Assembly: GCA_002189035.1 (NCBI GenBank)
Contig: NEEC01000216.1
Coordinates: 1-33,329 of the forward strand
Direction of reading: 5' to 3'
Source: Utricularia gibba
Lineage: Eukaryota > Plantae > Magnoliophyta
DNA length: 33,329 bases
The notes beneath the pieces were generated by a model, which was given only the letters and a program-made list of their open reading frames with translations, was not told where the DNA came from and ran no database searches. Shown here piece by piece: positions 24,301-33,329 of this stretch; the first letter of the stretch is position 1; each line of letters opens with the position of its first letter. A program made the position numbers and the translations under genes.

Positions 24301-27262
24301 AGGAGGTCGAGTCGAGCTCGGCCAGAGTCATTTGTAGCCCGGCAAAAAAATTGATGCATTTATTAACGTTCGGCTTTATTAGGCTGCCTACATAGTTTCT
24401 CAAGGAAAAGCTTGTCGTTTTGGGCGGTGATGTCGTTGGAACTTCGTTCTGACCAAGGTTCGTCTGACTCCTTTGCCACATCGGTCCTACTCGACGAAAA
24501 TCGTGATGCAGTTATTGAAGTTAGGATGTCATGAGCACCCAAAATGGTTTTCTCAACCGCATGCTTTATATTTGATAAGGCGCTCTCGTGGGGCAACGGT
24601 ATCGAGCAGGAGGTCGAGTCGAGCTCGGGCCCATAGTCATTTGTAGCTCGGCAAAAAACTTGATGCATTTATTAACGTTGGGTTTTAATAGGCTGCCTAC
24701 ATGTTTTCTCAAGGAAAAGCTTGTCGTTTTTGGCGGGTGATGTCGTTGTGAACTTCGTTCTGACCCAAGGTTCGGTCTGACTCCTTTGCCACATCGGGTC
24801 CTACTCGACGAAAATCGTGATGCAGTTATTGAAGTTAGGATTCATGAGCACCCAAAATGGTTTTCTCAACCGCATGCTTTATATTTGAGGAGGCGCTCTC
24901 GTGGGGCAACGGTATCGAGCAGGAGGTCGAGTCGAGCTCGGGCCAGAGTCATTTGTAGCCGAAAAAAATTGATGCATTTATTAACGTTGGCTTATTAGGC
25001 TGCCTACATAGTTTCTCAAGGAAAAGCTTGTCGTTTCTGGCGGGTGATGTCGTTGGGAACTTCGTTCTGACCCAAGGTTCGTCTGACTCCTTTGCCACAT
25101 CGGGTCCTACTCGACGAAAATCGTGATGCAGTTATTGAAGTTAGGATGTCATGAGCACCCAAAATGGTTTTCTCAACCGCATGCTTTATATTTGAGGAGG
25201 CGCTCTCGTGGGGCAACGGTATCGAGCAGGAGGTCGAGTCGAGCCATAGTCATTTGTAGCTCGGCAAAAAACTTGATGCATTAATTAACGTTGGTTTTAA
25301 TAGGCGCCTACATGTTTTCTCAAGGAAAAGCTTGTCGTTTTTGGGCGGGTGATTTCGTTGTGAACTTCGTTCTGACCCAAGTTCGTCTGACTCCTTTGCC
25401 ACATCGGGTCCTACTCGACGAAAATCGTGATGCAGTTATTGAAGTTAGGATTTCATGAGCACCCAAAATGGTTTTCTCAACCGCATGCTTTATATTTGAT
25501 AAGGCGCTCTCGTGGGGCAACGGTATCGAGCAGGAGGTCGAGTCGAGCTCGGGCCCAGAGTCATTTGTAGCCCGGCAAAAAATTGATGCATTTATTAACG
25601 TTCGGCTTTATTAGGCTGCCTACATAGTTTCTCAAGGAAAAGCTTGTCGTTTCTGGCGGGTGATGTCGTTGGGAACTTCGTTCGACCAAGGTTCGTCTGA
25701 CTCCTTTGCCACATCGGGTCCTACTCGACGAAAATCGTGATGCAGTTATTGAAGTTAGGATGTCATGAGCACCCAAAATGGTTTTCTCAACCGCATGCTT
25801 TATATTTGAGGAGGCGCTCTCGTGGGGCAACGGTATCGAGCAGGAGGTCGAGTCGAGCTCGGGCCCATAGTCATTTGTAGCTCGGCAAAAAACTTGATGC
25901 ATTTATTAACGTTGGGTTTTAATTACATGTTTTCTCAAGGAAAAGCTTGTCGTTTTTGGGCGGGTGATGTCGTTGTGAACTTCGTTCTGACCAAGGTTCG
26001 GTCTGACTCCTTTGCCACATCGGGTCCTACTCGACGAAAATCGTGATGCAGTTATTGAAGTTAGGATTTCATGAGCACCCAAAATGGTTTTCTCAACCGC
26101 ATGCTTTATATTTGATAAGGCGCTCTCGTGGGGCAACGGTATCGAGCAGGAGGTCGAGTCGAGCTCGGGCCCAGAGTCATTTGTAGCTCGGCAAAAAAAT
26201 TGATGCATTTATTAACGTTGGTTTTATAGGCTGCCTAATGTTTTCTCAAGGAAAAGCTTGTCGTTTTTGGGCGGGTGATGTCGTTGGAACTTCGTTCTGA
26301 CCAAGGTTCGGTCTGACTCCTTTGCCAATCGGTCCTACTCGACGAAAATCGTGATGCAGTTATTGAAGTTAGGATTCATGAGCACCCAAAATGGTTTTCT
26401 CAACCGCATGCTTTATATTTGATAAGGCGCTCTCGTGGGGCAACGGTATCGAGCAGGAGGTCGAGTCGAGCTCGGGAGAGTCATTTGTAGCCCGGCAAAA
26501 AAATTGATGCATTTATTAACGTTCGGCTTTATTAGGCTGCCTACATAGTTTTCAAGGAAAAGCTTGTCGTTTCTGGGCGGGTGATGTCGTTTGGAACTTC
26601 GTTCTGACCAAGGTTCGGTCTGACTCCTTTGCCACATCGGGTCCTACTCGACGAAAATCGTGATGCAGTTATTGAAGTTAGGATTCATGAGCACCCAAAA
26701 TGGTTTTCTCAACCGCATGCTTTATATTTGATAAGGCACTCTCGTGGGGCAACGGTATCGAGCAGGAGGTCGAGTCGAGCTCGGGCCCAGAGTCATTTGT
26801 AGCCCGGCAAAAAAATTGATGCATTTATTAACGTTGGTTTATTAGGCTGCTACATGTTTCTCAAGGAAAAGCTTGTCGTTTCTGGCGGGTGATGTCGTTG
26901 GGAACTTCGTTCGACCAAGGTTCTGTCTGACTCCTTTGCCACATCGGGTCCTACTCGACGAAAATCGTGATGCAGTTATTGAAGTTAGGATGTCATGAGC
27001 ACCCAAAATGGTTTTCTCAACCGCATGCTTTATATTTGAGGAGGCGCTCTCGTGGGGCAACGGTATCGAGCAGGAGGTCGAGTCGAGCTCGGGCCCATAG
27101 TCATTTGTAGCCGGCAAAAAACTTGATGCATTAATTAACGTTGGGTTTTAATAGGCTGCCTACATGTTTTCTCAAGGAAAAGCTTGTCGTTTTGGGCGGG
27201 TGATGTCGTTGTGAACTTCGTTCTGACCCAAGGTTCGGTCTGTCTCCTTTGCCACATCGGTC

Positions 27263-30200
27263 CTACTCGACGAAAATCGTGATGCAGTTATTGAAGTTAG
27301 GATTTCATGAGCACCCAAAATGGTTTTCTCAACCGCATGCTTTATATTTGATAAGGCACTCTCGTGGGGCAACGGTATCGAGCAGGAGGTCGAGTCGAGC
27401 TCGGCCCAGAGTCATTTGTAGCCCGGCAAAAAAATTGATGCATTTATTAACGTTCGGCTTTATTAGGCTGCCTACATAGTTTCTCAAGGAAAAGCTTGTC
27501 GTTTCTGGCGGTGATGTCGTTGGGAACTTCGTTCGGACCCAAGGTTCTGTCTGACTCCTTTGCCACATCGGGTCCTACTCGACGAAAATCGTGATGCAGT
27601 TATTGAAGTTAGGATGTCATGAGCACCCAAAATGGTTTTCTCAACCGCATGCTTTATATTTGAGGAGGCGCTCTCGTGGGGCAACGGTATCGAGCAGGAG
27701 GTCGAGTCGAGCTCGGGCCCATAGTCATTTGTAGCTCGGCAAAAAACTTGATGCATTTATTAACGTTGGGTTTTAATAGGCGCCTACATTGTTTTTCTCA
27801 AGGAAAAGCTTGTCGTTTTTGGGCGGGTGATGTCGTTGTGAACTTCGTTCTGACCCAAGGTTCGGTCTGACTCCTTTGCCACATCGGGTCCTACTCGACG
27901 AAAATCGTGATGCAGTTATTGAAGTTAGGATGTCATGAGCACCCAAAATGGTTTTCTCAACCGCATGCTTTATATTTGATAAGGCTCTCGTGGGGCAACG
28001 GTATCGAGTAGGAGGTCGAGTCGAGCTCGGGCCCATAGTCATTTGTAGCTCGGCAAAAAATTGATGCATTTATTAACGTTGGTTTTAATAGGCTGCCTAA
28101 ATGGTTTTCTCAAGGAAAAGCTTGTCGTTTTTGGGCGGGTGATGTCGTTGTGAACTTCGTTCTGACCCAAGGTTCGGTCTGTCTCCTTTGCCAATCTGGT
28201 CCTACTCGACGAAAATCGTGATGCAGTTATTGAAGTTAGGATTTCATGAGCACCCAAAATGGTTTTCAACGCATGCTTTATTTGAGGAGGCGCTCTCGTG
28301 GGGCACGGTATCGGGCAGGTCGAGTCGAGCTCGGTCCCAGAGTCATTTGTAGCGGCAAAAAATTGATGCATTTATTAACGTTGGTTTTAATAGGCTGCCT
28401 ACATGGTTTCTCAAGGAAAAGCTTGTCGTTTCTGGGCGGGTGATGTCTTTTGGAACTTCGTTCTGACCAAGGTTCGGTCTGACTCCTTTGCCACATCGGG
28501 TCCTACTCGACGAAAATCGTGATGCAGTTATTGAAGTTAGGATTCATGAGCACCCAAAATGGTTTTCTCAACCGCATGCTTTATATTTGATAGGCGCTCT
28601 CGTGGGGCAACGGTATCGAGCAGGAGGTCGAGTCGAGCTCGGGCCCAGAGTCATTTGTAGCCCGGCAAAAATTGATGCATTTATTAACGTTCGGTTTAGG
28701 CTGCCTACATAGTTTCTCAAGGAAAAGCTTGTCGTTTCTGGGCGGGTGATGTCGTTGGGAACTTCGTTCGACCCAAGGTTCTGTCTGACTCCTTTGCCAC
28801 ATCGGGTCCTACTCGACGAAAATCGTGATGCAGTTATTGAAGTTAGGATGTCATGAGCACCCAAAATGGTTTTCTCAACCGCATGCTTTATATTTGAGGA
28901 GGCGCTCTCGTGGGGCAACGGTATCGAGCAGGAGGTCGAGTCGAGCTCGGGCCCATAGTCATTTGTAGCTCGGCAAAAAACTTGATGCATTTATTAACGT
29001 TGGTTTTAATAGTACATGTTTTCTCAAGGAAAAGCTTGTCGTTTTTGGGCGGGTGATTTCGTTGTGAACTTCGTTCTGACCCAAGGTTCGGTCTGACTCT
29101 TTGCCACATCGGGTCCTACTCGACGAAAATCGTGATGCAGTTATTGAAGTTAGGATTCATGAGCACCCAAAATGGTTTTCTCAACCGCATGCTTTATATT
29201 TGATAAGGTGCTCTCGTGGGGCAACGGTATCGAGTAGGAGGTCGAGTCGAGCTCGGGCCCATAGTCATTTGTAGCTCGGCAAAAAACTTGATGCATTTAT
29301 TAACGGTTGGTTTTAATAGGCTGCCTAGGTTTTCTCAAGGAAAAGCTTGTCGTTTTTGGGCGGGTGATGTCGTTGTGAACTTCGTTCTGACCCAAGGTTC
29401 GGTCTGACTCCTTTGCCAAATCGGTCCTACTCGACGAAAATCGTGATGCAGTTATTGAAGTTAGGATTTCATGAGCACCAAAATGGTTTTTCAACGCATG
29501 CTTTATATTTGAGGAGGCGCTCTCGTGGGGCAACGGTATCGGCAGGAGGTCGAGTCGAGCTCGCTCCCAGAGTCATTTTTAGCCGGCAAAAAAATTGATG
29601 CATTTATTAACGTTGGTTTATTAGGCTGCCTACATGTTTTCTCAAGGAAAAGCTTGTCGTTTCTGGGCGGGTGATGTCTTTGGAACTTCGTTCTGACCAT
29701 AGGTTCGGTCTGACTCCTTTGCCACATCGGTCCTACTCGACGAAAATCGTGATGCAGTTATTGAAGTTAGGATTCATGAGCACCCAAAATGGTTTTTCAA
29801 CCGCATGCTTTATATTTGATAAGGCACTCTCGTGGGGCAACGGTATCGAGCAGGAGGTCGAGTCGAGCTCGGGCCCAGAGTCATTTGTAGCCCGGCAAAA
29901 AATTGATGCATTTATTAACGTTCGGCTTTATTAGGCTGCCTACATAGTTTCTCAAGGAAAAGCTTGTCGTTTCTGGGCGGTGATGTCGTTGGAACTTCGT
30001 TCGGACCCAAGGTTTCTTCTGACTCCTTTGCCACATCGGGTCCTACTCGACGAAAATCGTGATGCAGTTATTGAAGTTAGGATGTCATGAGCACCCAAAA
30101 TGGTTTTCTCAACCGCATGCTTTATATTTGAGGAGGCGCTCTCGTGGGGCAACGGTATCGAGCAGGAGGTCGAGTCGAGCTCGGGCCCATAGTCATTTGT

Positions 30201-30971
30201 AGCTCGGCAAAAAACTTGATGCATTAATTAACGTTGGTTTTAATAGGCCCTACATTGTTTTCTCAAGGAAAAGCTTGTCGTTTTTGGGCGGGTGATGTCG
30301 TTGTGAACTTCGTTCTGACCCAAGGTTCGGTCTGACCTTTGCCAAATCGGTCCTACTCGACGAAAATCGTGATGCAGTTATTGAAGTTAGGATTTCATGA
30401 GCACCCAAAATGGTTTTCTCAACCGCATGCTTTATATTTGATAAGGTGCTCTCGTGGGGCAACGGTATCGAGCAGGAGGTCGAGTCGAGCTCGGGCCCAT
30501 AGTCATTTGTAGCTCGGCAAAAAACTTGATGCATTTATTAACGTTGGTTTTAATAGGCTGCCTAATGGTTTTCTCAAGGAAAAGCTTGTCGTTTTTGGCG
30601 GGGTGATGTCGTTGTGAACTTCGTTCTGACCCAAGGTTCGGTCTGACTCCTTTGCCACATCGGGTCCTACTCGACGAAAATCGTGATGCAGTTATTGAAG
30701 TTAGGATTTCATGAGCACCCAAAATGGTTTTTCAACCGCATGCTTTATATTTGAGGAGGCGCTCTCGTGGGGCAACGGTATCGCGGTCGAGTCGAGCTCG
30801 GCCCAGAGTCATTTGTAGCCCGGCAAAAAAATGATGCATTTATTAACGTTGGGTTTTAATAGGCTGCCTACATGGTTTCTCAAGGAAAAGCTTGTCGTTT
30901 CTGGGGGTGATGTCTTTTGGAACTTCGTTCTGACCAAGGTTCGGTCTGACTCCTTTGCCACATCGGGTCCT
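27263..30971. repeat. 4-monomer higher-order repeat (B-D-F-C) x3, ~1.23-1.24 kb period
   Basis: B blocks at about 27405, 28645, 29875. C-type GTCTTT(T)GGAAC at about 28446, 29675, 30912. ATAAGG(TG)/GAGTAGG F-type units at about 27980, 29205, 30435. Confidence 0.75.
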
Positions 30972-33329
30972 ACTCGACGAAAATCGTGATGCAGTTATTG
31001 AAGTTAGGATTTCATGAGCACCCAAAATGGTTTTCTCAACCGCATGCTTTATATTTGATAAGGGCTCTCGTGGGGCAACGGTATCGAGCAGGAGGTCGAG
31101 TCGAGCTCGGGCCCATAGTCATTTGTAGCCGGCAAAAAATTGATGCATTTATTAACGTTGGTTTTAATAGGCTGCCTAAGTTTTCTCAAGGAAAAGCTTG
31201 TCGTTTTTTGGGCGGGTGATGTCGTTGTGAACTTCGTTCTGACCCAAGGTTCGGTCTGACTCCTTTGCCACATCGGTCCTACTCGACGAAAATCGTGATG
31301 CAGTTATTGAAGTTAGGATTTCATGAGCACCCAAAATGGTTTTCTCAACCGCATGCTTTATATTTGATAAGGCTCTCGTGGGGCAACGGTATCGAGCAGG
31401 AGGTCGAGTCGAGCTCGGGCCCATAGTCATTTGTAGCTCGGCAAAAAATTGATGCATTTATTAACGGTTGTTTTAATAGGCTGCCTTTTTCTCAAAAGCT
31501 TGTCGTTTTTGGGCGGGTGATGTCGTTGTGAACTTCGTTCTGACCAAGGTTCGGTCTGTCTCCTTTGCCAAATCTGGTCCTACTCGACGAAAATCGTGAT
31601 GCAGTTATTGAAGTTAGGATTTCATGAGCACCCAAAATGGTTTTCAACGTGCTTTGCGCTCTCGTGGGGCACGGTATCGTCGAGTCGGCTCGGTCCAGAG
31701 TCATTTTAGCCCAAAAAAATTGATGCATTTATTAACGATAGGCTGCCTACATGGTTTCTCAAGGAAAAGCTTGTCGTTTCTGGGCGGGTGATGTCTTTTG
31801 GAACTTCGTTCTGACCAAGGTTCGGTCTGACTCCTTTGCCACATCGGGTCCTACTCGACGAAAATCGTGATGCAGTTATTGAAGTTAGGATTCATGAGCA
31901 CCCAAAATGGTTTTCTCAACCGCATGCTTTATATTTGATAAGGCGCTCTCGTGGGGCAACGGTATCGAGCAGGAGGTCGAGTCGAGCTCGGGCCCAGTCA
32001 TTTGTAGCCCGGCAAAAAATTGATGCATTTATTAACGTTTTTATTAGGCTGCCTACATAGTTTCTCAAGGAAAAGCTTGTCGTTTCTGGCGGGTGATGTC
32101 GTTGGGAACTTCGTTCGACCCAAGGTTCGTCTGACTCCTTTGCCACATCGGGTCCTACTCGACGAAAATCGTGATGCAGTTATTGAAGTTAGGATGTCAT
32201 GAGCACCCAAAATGGTTTTCTCAACCGCATGCTTTATATTTGAGGAGGCGCTCTCGTGGGGCAACGGTATCGAGCAGGAGGTCGAGTCGAGCTCGGGCCC
32301 ATAGTCATTTGTAGCTCGGCAAAAAACTTGATGCATTTATTAACGTTGGTTTTAATAGGCCCTACATGGTTTCTCAAGGAAAAGCTTGTCGTTTTTGGGC
32401 GGGTGATTTCGTTGTGAACTTCGTTCTGACCCAAGGTTCGGTCTGTCTCCTTTGCCAAATCGGTCCTACTCGACGAAAATCGTGATGCAGTTATTGAAGT
32501 TAGGATTTCATGAGCACCCAAAATGGTTTTCTCAACCGCATGCTTTATATTTGATAAGGCGCTCTCGTGGGGCAACGGTATCGAGCAGAGGTCGAGTCGA
32601 GCTCGGGCCCATAGTCATTTGTAGCTCGGCAAAAAACTTGATGCATTTATTAACGTTGGTTTTAATAGGCCTACATGGTTTTCTCAAGGAAAAGCTTGTC
32701 GTTTTTGGCGGGTGATGTCGTTGTGAACTTCGTTCTGACCCAAGGTTCGGTCTGACTCCTTTGCCACATCGGTCCTACTCGACGAAAATCGTGATGCAGT
32801 TATTGAAGTTAGGATGTCATGAGCACCCAAAATGGTTTTCTCAACCGCATGCTTTATATTTGATAAGGCGCTCTCGTGGGCAACGGTATCGAGCAGGAGG
32901 TCGAGTCGAGCTCGGGAGAGTCATTTGTAGCCCGGCAAAAATTGATGCATTTATTAACGTTGGTTTATTAGGCTGCCTACATAGTTTCTCAAGGAAAAGC
33001 TTGTCGTTTCTGGGCGGGTGATGTCAACTTCGTTCTGACCAAGGTTCGGTCTGACTCCTTTGCCACATCGGGTCCTACTCGACGAAAATCGTGATGCAGT
33101 TATTGAAGTTAGGATTTCATGAGCACCCAAAATGGTTTTCTCAACCGCATGCTTTATATTTGATAAGGCTCTCGTGGGGCAACGGTATCGAGCAGGAGGT
33201 CGAGTCGAGCTCGGGCCCATAGTCATTTGTAGCCGGCAAAAAAATTGATGCATTTATTAACGTTGGTTTTAATAGGCTGCCTAATAGTTTTCTCAAGGAA
33301 AAGCTTGTCGTTTTTGGCGGGTGATGTCG

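Larger units (their letters stand above)
1..33329. repeat. Tandem satellite DNA array, ~313-bp monomer, ~107-108 head-to-tail copies, single orientation
   Basis: The anchor CTACTCGACGAAAATCGTGATGCAGTTATTGAAGTTAG recurs at about 65, 371, 686, 999, 1309, 1624, 1936 ... 32775, 33075 (108 occurrences, mean spacing ~308.5 bp; intact units 312-313 bp). No non-repeat sequence is seen between anchors and the array runs off both ends of the window. Confidence 0.99.
1..33329. repeat. Tentative family: Silene latifolia-type subtelomeric satellite (SacI family / X43.1 / Sl-distal-satDNA)
   Basis: Inference from recalled properties, not from an alignment. As I remember it, that family has a ~313-bp monomer, is ~53% AT and is released by SacI. 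This array has a 313-bp unit, ~52% AT and one GAGCTC in almost every unit. Needs BLAST confirmation. Confidence 0.55.

Noticed and set aside
3-33253. About 200 ORFs of 60-181 aa on both strands (e.g. MHQVFCRATNDYGPELDSTSCSIPLPHESASSNIKHAVEK..., MMQLLKLGCHEHPKWFSQPHAL...)
   Set aside because: They are translations of the same 313-bp unit. The unit length is not a multiple of 3, frames are broken by random indels, all frames are similarly open, and I recognise no protein domain. Not reported as CDS.
1-33329. CRISPR-like array (conserved core alternating with variable segments)
   Set aside because: The variable parts are homologous alleles of one sequence rather than unique spacers, the period is ~313 bp, and there are no cas genes or leader.
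1-33329. 5S rDNA, tRNA or IGS-type tandem array, or transposon-derived repeat
   Set aside because: No recognisable 5S or tRNA sequence, Pol III A/B/C boxes, terminal inverted repeats, LTR ends or target-site duplications.

Overview
The whole 33,329-bp window is one uninterrupted head-to-tail satellite DNA array. It holds about 107-108 monomers of a ~313-bp unit (~52% AT in a representative copy), all in one orientation. I found no gene, RNA gene, transposon, CRISPR array or exact telomere repeat. The ORFs in the six-frame track are repeat-derived and recur every monomer. The 313-bp unit is itself a diverged dimer of a ~156/157-bp subunit. Monomers fall into recognisable variant classes (my labels A, B, C, D, F and marker E). 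These classes form higher-order repeats whose period changes along the array: dimer, then a recently duplicated 10-mer, trimer, dimer and tetramer. The class order C-B-D-F recurs more than 20 kb apart. Unit length, AT content and one SacI site per unit match my recollection of the Silene latifolia subtelomeric SacI/X43.1 satellite, but this is unverified. Many 1-bp deletions in homopolymers look like long-read consensus error. I see no evidence for a new coding system; the interest is in satellite architecture. All counts were done by eye.
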